A DNA stretch of 64,000 nt from Piromyces finnis finn (lineage: Eukaryota > Fungi > Neocallimastigomycota), in NCBI GenBank assembly GCA_002104945.1, contig MCFH01000043.1, forward strand, positions 1-64,000, read 5' to 3'. A program made the position numbers and the translations under genes. Under the pieces are notes generated by a model, which was not told the origin of the DNA, did not search any database, and worked only from the letters and a program-made list of their open reading frames with translations. The first letter of the stretch is position 1. Every line of letters begins with the position of its first letter. Positions 1 to 16,599 of the stretch are shown here, piece after piece.

Positions 1-2777
<2,777 letters not shown>

Positions 2778-4074
2778 ATTTTATAATAATATAATTATTC
2801 CTTCTCAATATATATATTTAGAATTATTTTGTTTTTTTGTATAATTTTGTATAAAAAAAATTTTATTTTTTATTTATTTTTTTTTCAACATTTGTTTTTT
2901 TATTTTTATTAAATATATACTTATTTCCATAGATATAATGAAAAAAAAAATTTTTTTTTTTTTTTAAATTCAATTTTTCTTCTCTGTTATTCCTTTTTTA
3001 AATACAATTCATATTCGTTATAAATTATAATTACTAATAATACTAATAATAATAATAATAAATTTTAAAAAATACAAAAGTTTCTATGTTATTTTAAACT
3101 TTATATTCCATCAAAAATTTCTAATATAGGAAACATTTTTCATCAAAAGTTTTTTTTTTTTTTTAATTATTATTATTGTTATACTTTTATTAAAAGGACG
3201 AATGTGTAAATGGAAAGACAAGATAGCTTGATTATTATCCTTTAATCATTTAATATTATATATTATTAACAATATTAACAATGTAAAAATAAATGATTAT
3301 TAGATAGCTTAATCTTTATTTTTAAATATCATAATATTTTTTTTTAAGTTATTATAATACATTCTGTAATAACCTTTATTATGTCTATAATATCTATCAA
3401 AAAAAAAAAAAAAAAAAAAAAAAAAACACTTTAAATAATTATTAAAACATTCTTTAAATATTTAGTTTATATTATAATTAATCCTAACTTTTCCTTTTTT
3501 GTTTTATTCTCAATCTTTTCACTATATCATATATAATTAAAATATAACATCAACAATACTTTATATTTCTCTATATTTAACTTTATTATTTCTGTTTTAA
3601 ATTTTTTTAAAATATTGATTTTTCATTTTATTTATACATTAACATTTATGTATAATAAAAATAAGCAGAAAAATTAATATTACAAAAAAAAAAAAAAATA
3701 GCTCAAACGATTCAAACTATTTAAAATAATAAAAATATGTTTTTTTTATTAAACGATTATATTATGGATTAAAAAAAATGATGTAAAAAAAAAGTAGTTA
3801 TATTTTTTTACTTCTTTCCTTTTTTTATCCTTCATATTATTATTCTATGTTAATAATACAATTTTTATAAAAATCTAAATTATAATATTTACCTTAGAAT
3901 ACATTTAAATGAATAAAGAATAAAAAAAAAGAAGAAAGTTTTAATTCTAATTATATATAAATAATTTAATTGATTATATACTTATTTGTATCTTTTTCTT
4001 TATAAATAATCATAAATAATATAAAAAATAGTTTTAAATCTTTTTTATAATTATCAAATTAAGTTATGTTCTAT

Positions 4075-5473
4075 TTAAAATTTTCTTGGTTTGGTATGAA
4101 GGAATCTGCAATCAGCACGAGTACAGTTTGGTTCATAACGACATGGAATGTTAATAGTAGATAAATCTTCAGAAGAACTCTTACTTTGAACAGAATGACT
4201 TTGTTGTTTAGCGTTCATCATGGCAACAATAGCAGCTGGACTTGGGTGAGAAAATTTACAGTCTGGACGGGTACAGTTAGCACCAAACTTACATTCAATT
4301 GTACTACTGTTAGAAGTAACGGAACCAGCATCAGAAGCATGACTACTGTAAGCTGGAGATTGTGGTTTAGTTGGTGGTCTACTTAATGGAGCTGGGTGAA
4401 TGTATAAGCAATGGTCACCATCTGGACAATTTGGATACTTACGACATAATTCCTTTGGATGCCAGAATTTACAAGTATCACCACGATTACAGTTTGGCCA
4501 GTATTGGCAACGAACAACATGTGGCTTATCACCACTTTCGCTACCAGCGTAACTACTTCCCATACTTTCACGACGACGTGAGAAAGACTTCTTCTTTTCA
4601 ATAATCTTATCAGTTTGCTTCTTGTTTAATGATTCAGTAGTAGCAGCTATAGCCATAGCTTGACCATAAACTTCTCTTTGAACTTCACTAGCTAAATCTA
4701 AAGAAGAAGCGGAACGGCTAAGACGTCTCTTAACTAAAGTATTCTTTTGTGATTGAGCCTTAGTTTCAACTTCTTTCTTTTCTTCTTCTTTATTTTCTTC
4801 TTCATCTTCGTCAGATGAAATATCTATATCGTCAGCAATAGCATCAGTAACAGCTGGGGTATTGCTTTTATTAATGAAGAAAGTAGCATAACCAAATAAC
4901 CAATCAGTGAATGATGGTTTGTAGTATTCTTCACCAATTACTATTTTTTATTAATAATATTTTTATTGTTTAATCACATCATATTTTAATATTAGATTAA
5001 TAATTTCTAATATAAAATACTTACAAGTTCTTAAAGTAGTGTTAACTTCTTCCTTAGTTTTACCTTCAGCGATTAAATCAGTGATAATTGGAGCTAAATT
5101 TTCGGCCTTTTCACTCTTTAAGCCAATACCAGCTAATTTGTTTTGAACAGCTAACTATTTATTTACATTTTTTATTTGAACCATATTAAAAATTGATAAT
5201 TAATACATTTAAATTACATTTATATATAATATTGATAATTTATGTGAAAATAATTTATTTAAATATATTATTTATTTATATTATGCTTATAATTTTTATA
5301 TGTTTATTCTTTTTTTATTAATTTTTCAATATTCATCTATTTCTTTTGTTTATTTACTTTTTTTATTTTTTAACATTATATATTTATAAACGTCATTTAT
5401 TTAAAATATATAAATATTGAAAAAAAATATTTACTTTAACACGTTCTCTAATTCTATTCTTGTTGTTTTCCAT
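4075..5473 (-). CDS. NAB2: Nab2/ZC3H14-like poly(A) RNA-binding protein (N-terminal PWI-like domain plus four CCCH fingers), 344 aa
   Basis: Exons 5473-5435, 5154-5025, 4940-4075 (GT-AG, frame-consistent, 1035 nt). Fingers: CQYWPNCNRGDTCKFWH, CRKYPNCPDGDHCLYIH, CKFGANCTRPDCKFSH, CRYEPNCTRADCRFLH. Helical N-terminus LAPIITDLIAEGKTKEEV..FTDWLF. Confidence 0.75.
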
Positions 5474-7625
5474 TTTATCTATTTATTTTAAGATTTTCTA
5501 TTGATTTTTTTTTTCTATTTTGTTTTTTTTTCTATTTGTTTTTATTTTTTTTCTTTTTTTTAAGAAAACTTAATTTTCTTCTGTTTTTCTCTTTTTATTA
5601 TTCTTTTTTTTCTTCTTCTGTTTTTAAATAGATAAATATTCCTTTATCTACTATTAACTTCTTTTTTTAATAAACTTTAAAAAAGAATCTTTTTATTTTT
5701 TTTTTTTTGTAAAGATTAAAAAAAAAAAGGAAAATTAAACGAAAAAATATATTTTATATGATTTATAATAACATTAAAAAAAATTAATAACAAAATATAA
5801 TCTATTAATAACAAATATAAATTAATAATAAATAACCTTTACAGATTTAATTTTGAAATTATATGAAAGTTTTTAGATTTAAAATTATAATATATGAAAA
5901 AATATATAAAAAATTGTTTTTTCAATTGAATCACTATTCCGCAATATATTCACAATATAATATTTCAAATAAACAATTAAAATAAATTAACTTGTAAATA
6001 AATAATTATATATAGGTTATTACATAATTAATTATTTCATCAATAAATAATATTATTTTTAATTAAATCAATATAATTCCTATATAAATAATAATATATT
6101 GTTTATAATTATTGTTATTACATATTATATATTAGAAATATATTTTCAATCACTTGTAATAAAAGGTTAATATATTATTAAGGTCTCAAAAATTAGGATG
6201 ATATATATTGAATATACTTTAATATATGAGAGTTTTACGATATATATATTAAATAGTGTAATATTATATTTTTGAGGAATTTAAAATCAATGTTAATAAG
6301 AAAAAAAGAATATAAATATAGAATTATAATATTTAATAAGGTTTATTAATGGGTTTTGTTAAAAAATATTATATATATAATTAATATCGATTGTAATACT
6401 ACAATTTATTTATATATATTATAATTAATACAAATATACTGAAATTTCATTTTTAACACTATAATAATAATGAATAATATATAGGGTATTATTCAATAAT
6501 ATATTATAATATTATGCTTTTTTTATTTGCTTATTTACCATTCTATTCTATTTTAACCAAATTTTTTTAATATATTAAATATTAAATATTCAAATACCTG
6601 TTATTCAAAATGTACATCTTTTTATATTCACTAATATTCATAAAGTTCTTTGTACAATTAATTTTTGCTAATAAAAAAAAAAGGCTTTTAAAAGTTCAAC
6701 CATACAAGTGGTTAAAAATAGTTTTTTTTTTTTTTAAATTTTAATAAAAAAGGAGATGAATACTATAAAGGAGGGGAAAATATATTATTTCTATAGCTAC
6801 ACTATAATGAAAAAGAACAATTTATTATTTCCCATCTTTTTGTAAGCATAAAAATCAAAATTAGTAATGCAAATAACTACGACGACATCCTATTTGTATT
6901 TTTTAATATGCTTAATTATACACATTCATAATGCTTTTTATAAATGGTAATTGCTTTTGTTCAAATAGCAATATCGCTTAATACTTAACCCAATATAAAT
7001 AGCATTAAATATCACAATTCAACAATATATTTTATTTATATATTTCTATAAATCTTAATATATGAAAATTTAAAAAGGTATTTATTTCCTTTTATGTATA
7101 TTTTTATTAATTATTTTAATTTTTCAATTATATTCATTATAATTAATTATAAACATTTCATTATTCTACTTTTTTGGTATATTATAAAAATAAGTATTTC
7201 CCTAAAAAGTTAACAAACTATATAGTTATAATTATTAAAAGGTTTACTATATTTATTTATTAGAAATAATTCTCTATTCATAATATATTTTGAAAAATTT
7301 ATTATGTATTAATGAAATGAGTTTTTTTTTTTTTTTTTTTTTGAATTGCTTAATACTTATTTTAAAATATAAAATGTATATTATAATTATAAAAACTTAC
7401 TTTTATAATCATCCAATAATTATAGATCTATGTGATATTGATTGGATATAATTTAATTTGGATAAAAAAAATTGAAATTAAAAAAAAAATATACACATTG
7501 TATATGACTTGAATATCACAATAAAAAATGTTAAAAATGTCATATTCTTAAATGAAAAATTAAATTTCTTTTAAAATAGTAATTATAAAAAAATAAAGGA
7601 AAAAAAAAATATATTTTACTTTTCT

Positions 7626-8016
7626 TAGTGGGGTTATAATTTATTTTATTATTATAATTATTATTAAATGTTTATTTGCTTTTAATCATTAATTTTTATG
7701 TTAATTATTTTTAATCAACTACGCATCTGTAAACTTATAATGAATAAACATTTTTATATAAAAAAATGCTATATACAAATAATTCTTTACAATAACTAAA
7801 ATTATAATTTACAATGAATAAACATTTTTATATAAAAAAATGCTATATACAAATAATTCTTTACAATAACTAAAATTATAATTTACATTTAAGAACAATG
7901 TATATTCTTAATTATTGAAATTTTTATTTATATAATATAAATGATATGTTTTTTTTTTTTTATTAGCACCTTTTTTTTAATTAATATATAAAACTAAAAA
8001 TGCTTATAACCCACTA
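7626..8016. mobile_element. Possible MITE-like element (~390 bp)
   Basis: Perfect 13-bp inverted pair TAGTGGGTTATAA (7626-7638) / TTATAACCCACTA (8004-8016). The outer TA dinucleotides could be a TA target-site duplication. No ORF inside. Confidence 0.3.
7739..7886. repeat. Perfect 74-bp tandem duplication
   Basis: AATGAATAAACATTTTTATATAAAAAAATGCTATATACAAATAATTCTTTACAATAACTAAAATTATAATTTAC occurs at 7739 and 7813. Confidence 0.95.
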
Positions 8017-9493
8017 CATGAAAATATTATTTCTCTTCTTTTAAATAATTACTAAACATAATATAGTAATATTGTAGAGTAATTTTTCTGTTTATAAAAA
8101 AATTGAATAGTAAACGAATAATAACAAATTTAGTTTGATAATAGTATGTAATTGTTAATTAGTTTAACAAATAGAAAAAAAAATATTCATTTCCTTATTT
8201 TTAAATATTAAAATAATTGAATAAGCTACTTTAATATATATTAAAATTATAATTATAGTTATTTATTCTTATTAATTAGATTTTTAAACATTTAATATAT
8301 AATAGCAATACAATATATTTATATTTCATTTTAGATGTTGATAAGCACATAGATATCTTTCAATATAGTGTTTAAAAAAAAAAACTAAATTTAAATTATT
8401 TAGAATATTTCATATTTTCATTTTCATATATTCTAATTTATGCTTTATAAAATATAATACTTTTTAATAATGCTGCTTTAAAATATAATGATGTATATAA
8501 ATAGACATAATCAAAATTTAATTTAATTAAAATGATAATAAAATAAAATGGCAATAAAAAAAACTTTCTATTAATGGTACCTTCAACTATGAAACAATAA
8601 CATATTAAAAAACAACACTACATTGACCCTATTTTTTTACTTTTTCCTTTTTTTTAAAAAAAAAAAAATAACCTAGAATAAAAAAAATTTTTCTTTTTTT
8701 TAATTATAAAACCAAAATTAATTAATTTATTCATTATTTTATGTAGTACAAAAAACATTTTTGAAATTAAAGTTTTTTCTTTTCAGTTTTTTTAACTGTT
8801 TATCACATGTTTAAATTTAAAATAAAAATATTGTTTTTTTAGGTGTTATGTTTCATTAATACTTTAAGAATTTATTTCAATTCTTAGTAGTAATATAAAA
8901 ATTGTCATTATTATTTTTTATTTATTTTTTTAGTGCTATGTAAATCATTGAATATTTCAAGGTGTGTATAGAATATCTAAACTATATAACTATATTATGA
9001 ATTACATTTATTTATATAAATGTTTACATTGTTTTAATTAAAATGTAAAAAATAAATTCATTCTATATCTTAAATATTCTATATAAACATTAAAATTATT
9101 ATGTCTCCCTATAGTAATAAATAAATGAAAAGGTGTTCTTTATTTTTACATTAAGATTACTCTAAAAAAAAATTAAATATTTCACGATATTTATTAAAAA
9201 AAAAAACATTATTACTAATAATAATATTAATAATAATAATAATAATAACGCTTTCAATTTTTCTAAGCAACTTCTTTTAATTTAATGATCAATTATTAAT
9301 TATAATGGAATATTAATATTAATATTCTAAATTCATTCATAGAAATATTTAAACTATGTACAAAAATTAATATAATTAATGATATACAATATTCTTTTGA
9401 AAAAACAGAAATTAATATAAACATTATTATACACCTTTCAAAAAATCTTCTTATCAATTATCAATTCATTAATAGTGTATTTATAATAAAAAA

Positions 9494-9567
9494 AACATTA
9501 ATAGCAATGATTACAATATTTTTCAATAAAAGAACATTAATAGCAGTGATTACAATGTTTTTCAATA
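9494..9567. repeat. Imperfect tandem duplication, period 39 bp
   Basis: AACATTAATAGCA(A/G)TGATTACAAT(A/G)TTTTTCAATA at 9494 and 9533. Confidence 0.85.
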
Positions 9568-10596
9568 TTTTTCATTTAAATAAACCTAAAAATATTTATT
9601 TTTTTTTGTTCAATATTCCTTTTTGCCTTACAGCATTTTAAAGTTTAATCTATGTAATCTATTAAAATAAAAATGCGTACATTATATAATAAATATAAAT
9701 AATAAATATTAACATATATAATAAATATTTCATGATCATTCATTTTACCATTTCCAATAAACTAATAAAAAATATATAAAAAGTTAATTTCATGTGGTAC
9801 ATAATACTCGAAAAAAAAAAATTTTTTTAAAACAAGAATTAAAATATAATATAATCAATTTAATGGTGGTGCTTCAATAGAAAAAAAAAACAATATATTT
9901 TTTTTAAAAATTTTAAATAGAAAATTTTTTTATTGTCATTTAAATAAATTCTAATATATCATAACATATATAAAATAAAATAAAGCAATGAATAGAATTA
10001 TAAATTAAAAAAATAATAATAATAATTTTTATAATAATTAAAGTTTGTACCACTAACATTTTTAGGTTGCTACACTGATTGTATTGAAACTTTAATTAAT
10101 ATTAAAATTTACTTAAAATTACTTTTAACCACACCAAAATAAATTAATATAGAATGATTTGACATATAGTCAAATTATCAATAAGAATAGAAATAATGTG
10201 ATACAATAACAAAGATAATTAAAAAAAAAAAAACATATATATTTTACAAAAGAAAGTCTTTTTTTTTTTTTTTTTACTTATAATTTTAATAAAAAAAAAA
10301 AAGATTATAGTAGAAAAAATAATTTTACCAAAAAAAAAATAAAAAAAACAAAACTTCTATAAAACTTTTCTTCTTACTTTTTATTATTATGAAAGGAATA
10401 AATGAATATTAAAGATAAATTTTATATTGCAATATAAAGAATATGTAAAGAAATAATAACCAATATAAATTATTTCATATTTATCAATAACAAAATAAAA
10501 TAATATTATTAAAAATTATTCACATAAGAAATAAAGAAAAATATAAATTCCTTCCATTTATAAAAATAATAATAAATATTAAAAAGTAATTATAAA

Positions 10597-12661
10597 ATGA
10601 TTGAATCAAACGGTGTAGAATATTATTTTAATTTCCCTTCAGACTGGGATAGAAATAATAAACTTGCAATAAGACAATATGAAAAATGTGCTCCAAATTT
10701 TAAAACTACTGAAGAATTCAAAAATATTTATACCCGATCCCACTTTTATCATATATTAGTCTTATTTTTAACATTATATAGTGTATTAAGTATATTTTTG
10801 ATTATCAGTAATAAGAACAACTATAATGTACTAAAGCTCAATAAAACTTTGATGCTAATATATGCATGCAGTGGCCTTGTATGTATCATTAACTGTTATT
10901 GTCGTAATGTATGTCATTCAACTTTTTTTTTTTCATAATTTTTATCATATTATACTATATAAATAAAGATATATAATTGATAGATTGTAATTAATATAAT
11001 TTTTTCTTATTTTGTTTAACTTTTTATTTTATCGTAACTTTTTCTTATTCTTAATAAAGGCATTTTATCATAAGATGCCATGTGCTGTTGTTATTTATTT
11101 ACTAAATATTGGATATATACCAAACTTCTTATCTTGTATGGGCTGTATTATGTACTATCTTCAACAATGTTATTTTTCCATCAATAGCTATAATAAAGCT
11201 ATTGATCATAATTATATAAAGGAAGAAAACTTCTTCTATAAACTTTGTATGAATTTTAAAGAAGAAAAATTTGTAAAATTTATAATGTATAGTACCATTG
11301 GCGGTGTGCTATTTAGTGGTATTTTTGGTTTTACAGGTCAAACATACACTTATATACCTTTAACTAAAGGATATTGTACAAACAGGTAAATATTTTAACT
11401 CAATTCCCTTTTTAATATAGTTAATTAAATTAATAGATTATCAATAGATTATCATTTATTATTTTTTTAAGTGAAATATTTAACCAATAGATATTTTATT
11501 TTATTATACATATTTATTTGAAATTTTAGTAACATTGAGGGTTATCCATTTTACTTTACTATAATAGTTTATTTCATTTTTTCAATTTTTGCTTTAAATG
11601 AATTACATAAATTAGGAAGTGATTTTGTTTTAAGAAAGTCATTAATGATCACTCTATGTATTGCCATTATATTACTTATCATAAATGTTTTCGGTAATAG
11701 TACTAACTATATTAAATGTGCTACTATTATACGATATATCCCACATGAAACTGTACTTCAAATATTCAGCTGTATTTTCAATTTCTCCCAGATTACCTAT
11801 CCCTTATTTCAACTCTTTTATATTAAATATCAAGTTAAAAGATTAGAACTTACAAAAAGTGGTTTAATTCACCTATTAAATGATAAAACTCTTTTCAATG
11901 AATTTCTTAATTTTTGTAACAATAAAAGATGTGTAGAAGGTGTAATTTTCCACAGAGAATATAAAAAATTTAAAAATATTTTTAAGGACAGTGGTAAAAA
12001 ATTAGCCAGTGTAGGAGAATCTATAAATGGAACAACTTCTAGTAATTCTGATTCCTATACTATTAATATCGATTTATTATACCAAAATATTTCAGGACTT
12101 ACTAAAGAACCTTTCCCTTATTATGAATACATCCCAAATTTCACTCTCCCAACTAATCAAGACCAAAATAATAAATATTCTTATAACCTTGTTCTCAATA
12201 ATAATGAAACAGAACAATATCCATCACCAAAGCATCATAAAAGAATGTTAAGTGTTAATAATAAAAGAAAAGAATATGTTAATATTTACAGTGATAATAA
12301 TGTAAATAATAATGTAAATATTAACCAACATCTTTCAAATGGACATGAACAAATCCACGTAAATAAAAAAATCATTCACATATATGATGAAATATTTGAA
12401 AAAGCCAATTTAATATTTAATTTTTTCTTTACCCAATACTCTGATTATGAATTGAATCTTCCAAATCCTATCGTCAGAAAAATTGATTATAGACTACAAT
12501 TATTTAATGATCATTACGCTAAAATGAAAAATAAACAACTTTTCTTATATGAAGAATTAGAATGTGAAGATATATTTGATGAAGCTTATGAAGAAGTTAT
12601 TCAATCTTTATATCTTAATACTTATAGTGCTTTTGTTATTTATAAAAAAAGAAATAAATAA
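10597..12661 (+). CDS. 7TM-RGS protein (seven-transmembrane receptor-like domain fused to a C-terminal RGS domain), 589 aa
   Basis: Exons 10597-10908, 11060-11385, 11530-12661 (1770 nt). Seven hydrophobic segments are followed by the RGS signatures LLNDKTLFNEFLNFCNNKRCVEGVIFHREYKKFK, ANLIFNFFFTQYSDYELNLPNPIVRKI and IFDEAYEEVIQSLYLNTYSAF. Confidence 0.85.
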
Positions 12662-13065
12662 TTTAAATATTATTTATAACTATAAATATATAGATTGAAT
12701 TACTAGATTTAAATAAAATAAATAAAAATTAGTAAAAAATATATGACAAATTAAAATAAATAGAGAAAGAATGAATGAGTAAATGGGAAATATTAACATA
12801 AAAATTCATTCATCCATTTATTTATTCTTTAAAGTTTTATTTAAATATATATATATATATATTTATTATTTATTTTTTAATCAATTTACTTTATTATTTT
12901 TGGAAAAATTAATATTTATTATATTTAAAAAAAAATTGTAATAAATAAATAATCAATGAAAAAACTAACTTTGAATCTCTTGTCAAAACCCTTTTTTTTT
13001 ATTTTATTTTATTTTATTTTATCTTTCTATAGTTTTTTAACAAAATATATTAAAAATATAATTTT

Positions 13066-13100
<35 letters not shown>

Positions 13101-13438
13101 TGTATCCATAAGGTAAAAAATAAATTTTCAAAACTATCTTTTTACATAAATTAAGAAACGTGCTATGTTCAAATCAAATAAAAAAGTTTTTTATAAATTA
13201 AATATAACCAATGTAGAAAATTCTAATTAAACTTTTCTATATAAATTAAGATAAGATAAAAATTTTAAGGCTTATAGATAAGAGAATGAATTAATGTATA
13301 TATATGTATACATTTGTATCAATCTATATATATATTTAGAAAAATACAACAATCCTTCTAGTCTTTTTTTATTATTATAGTTATTTTAAGAAAGTTTTAA
13401 TCATTAATAATATATATATATATAAATAATAAAGCTAA

Positions 13439-14020
13439 ATGGGAATAGAATTCAATAAAGCTCATGCCATTATTGGCGTTAACATTTATTTCATTGTTTT
13501 AATGTTTCATGAATTATACTCCAATTGGAAAGAAATTCCAGATGTTATTCCATCTCATTACAATATAAAAGGAGAAGCTGATCGTCAATCTTCTAAAAAT
13601 GTTTTATTCGTAGTACCATCTTTTGCAGTATTTTTATTTGTACTAGTAGTATCAGTTTGTAAACGTCCAAACTCCTGGAATCTTCCAATAGAAGTTACAG
13701 AAAAAAGTCGTACAGTAGTTTTTGAAAATACAAGATTCTATATGTTCCTTGTTTTAACAATATTCATTAGTTATTTACGTTTAGTCAATGCATCACTTAT
13801 GCGCTCAAAGCCATTAAATATTCGTTCAATTTTATCATGTTTAGGATTTATTATTATTATTTCTATATTCTTTTTCCCATATATCAAGCAAGTTGCTAAA
13901 GATGCTGAAAATGAAAAGCCAGTAAAAGATAAAAAGGTTAAACAAAAAGAAAAGAAAAAAGAAAGAGAAGCAGCAACTGCATCAAATAGAAGAGTAAATA
14001 ACAAGAAAAAGAGAAATTGA
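13439..14020 (+). CDS. DUF1648-domain (SdpI-like N-terminus) multi-pass membrane protein, bacterial type, intronless
   Basis: Motifs WKEIPDVIPSHYNIKGEADRQSSK and PNSWNLPIEVTEKS match the DUF1648 pattern (P..IP.H(F/Y)...G..D...SK). About four hydrophobic segments and a K/E-rich tail. Confidence 0.8.
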   Translation: MGIEFNKAHAIIGVNIYFIVLMFHELYSNWKEIPDVIPSHYNIKGEADRQSSKNVLFVVPSFAVFLFVLVVSVCKRPNSWNLPIEVTEKSRTVVFENTRFYMFLVLTIFISYLRLVNASLMRSKPLNIRSILSCLGFIIIISIFFFPYIKQVAKDAENEKPVKDKKVKQKEKKKEREAATASNRRVNNKKKRN

Positions 14021-15444
14021 ATATAAATTCTCTTAAAATATTTATTAAAAAAAAAAAGTTTAAAATTTATTTTGTATATTTATTTTTTATTCTTAATGTG
14101 ATATGTTATAGTTATTATGAAACTGAAAAATAATAATAATAAATAAAATTTAAAAAAAAAAAATAAAACTTAATAATAGTTGTTATCATCTAAATAATAA
14201 ATATATATACTTCTTAAATATTTTTATTTTTTTTTTTTTTTTTTTTTTGCAAATAACACTAAGGGTTTTATATTTATATAAATACTATGTAATGTTGGCA
14301 TTTTATTTTTATTTCTTATATTTTTTATGTGGATAAAGTAAAGTAATAAATTGTAAATGTTTTTATTTAATATTGACAATTTTAATAAATTTTAAATATT
14401 AATAAATTTTTATTATTTTATTTTAAATAAATAGTAATTATTGTGATTTATAAATAATAATAAACTCTTTTTATTGGTTTTTCAACTTTAAAAAAGAAAT
14501 ATGGACTTTTTATTGTTTTTAATAATTTAAGATATATAAATAACAAACCATTCAGTTTCACTTATTATATTAATTAAAAAGAATTAATAATATTAATATA
14601 ATTTATTATTTAAAAAAAAAAAAAGGGATTTAAGTTTAATATATATATGAAATAAACAATTTACTGGCAATGGATAAACGTAAATAATAAAATCATTTAA
14701 CCTATATAGTATATAAAAATAAAAGAAATCCATTAAACAATTCGTAAATGATATTTATAATTAAAAGTTAGAAAAAAAAAAAAAAAAGTATATATAAATA
14801 TGTATTTTAAAAATATAAAAACAATAAACAAAATTTTTATAATACAATAAATGATAATAGATAATAAACACAATGCTTTATCATTAAATATTTCCATAAT
14901 TTAATTTCAATGGCATTAAAGTGTTAATTATAAGTAAAAGTATAAAAAAAATAAAAAATAAAAATAAAATAAAATTATTAAAATTATTTCAAAATTGAAC
15001 TTGACGAAATTTATAATAAAGCAATGAAAATTTTCAAATTGAAATTTAAATTGTTAAAATAATAATTGTATAGAAATTAGATAATTTAATAATATATATA
15101 AAATAAGATAATTAAAAAGAAACCAAAAAAATAAATTTATAAAATAATATTAACAAAACAATGTGTTTTCATTATTAATATATATAAATATATGAATATT
15201 ATTCATCACTTAAAATTTCTGGAATACATTTCTCATCTTCAAATAATACATCTATAGAAAAGAATTTGAAAAAATACAGGTAAAAAACTAATATAATGAA
15301 TAAATACAAAAAATAAAAAATAAAAAAATTAAAAAAAAAAAAAAAAAAAAAGAGGTTTATATGAAAATGCTTTAAGAAAATTATATTTATGTATGAATAA
15401 TTATAAATTTTGTATAATATGTTTTTAATAACTTATACATAAAG

Positions 15445-16599
15445 AAAAAATATCGCAATAAAAAAAGCTTTATGTAAAACAGCACCACCTACATCAATAG
15501 AACAAATAGAGGAAGAAAAAGAATCATTGGTATGAGATGGAAAGAAGAAGAAAAGAGAAACAATATAATTATACATTTATACTCTTTTTTCAATTATATA
15601 TTTTATTTTTTAATATTTTTCAATTCTGAATTTTATAATTTTTATCATTCTAATAAATCTCTTGCTTATATTTCAATTCTTAAAATTACAATATATGTAC
15701 CTTATTTTAACAATGTAAAACCATATTATTTACGAAAAATAAAAGTCATTGGAAATCTATGAAGAATTTATTGACGAATTATTAATTGATATAGTAACAG
15801 AAGTTCATAAAACAGAAAAAATAGCAAATTTAGAATGTCAAATATGTCAAACAAAGTAATTATTATTTTTTTTTTTTTTCATTATTCTTACTTATAATAC
15901 TATTAAATTATGTTAATTATTTAAATATATCATAAATATTATAGATGTAGACACTACTGTAAGCTTGTTTTTATTTTTTAACACAATATATTAAATTGGA
16001 AATCTGAATAAATCAACAAGTAATAATATTTTACGAAAATCTTAATTTAATTTTTTTATTTAAAGCAACGAAATCTTCACGAGATATATTTAATCAAAAT
16101 GTTAAGAATAATAGTCAAATAGAATATGGAAATTGTCCTAAATGTCAAAGTAAAGTAGCAATATCTAAAATAGCTACACATTTTACAAAATGTCTAGGAT
16201 TTATGGATAATAATAGAAGACTTTTACGAAGGTAAATAAAATAAATAAAGAAAGAAATAAATAATGATTTTTTATAAATTTATTTCCTTTTATATTAAAT
16301 AAAATCTAATTATATGAATGGAAAATAGAAGTAATACTTCTGTAACCTCATCAAATTCAGCATATACAGTCGATAAATATTTATCATCACTGGATGAATC
16401 CGATGGTGAAAAAGAAGAGAAGAAAGGTAAAGTATAATAAACTAAATAATAATAACAAAAAAATTATAGAATAATTTATCCCTTTATTCTAATATTCTTA
16501 AAAATATTCTATTTTATTAATATTTAATAAAAAAAAAAAAAAAAAAAAAAAAAATTAGCAAAACGTAAAACATATGTAAGTAAATTAAAATATCGATAA
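15445..16599 (+). CDS. SGF11: SAGA deubiquitination-module subunit Sgf11/ATXN7L3 homologue (5' end unresolved)
   Basis: Exons 15445-15529, 15746-15855, 15945-15958, 16066-16231, 16329-16426, 16559-16599. N-terminal helix SLEIYEEFIDELLIDIVTEVHK, the DIFNQ motif and the zinc finger CPKCQSKVAISKIATHFTKCLG are present. Confidence 0.8.

Noticed and set aside
4186-4604. Short ORFs overlapping the Nab2-like exon
   Set aside because: Antisense or alternative-frame shadows of a gene with clear zinc-finger motifs.
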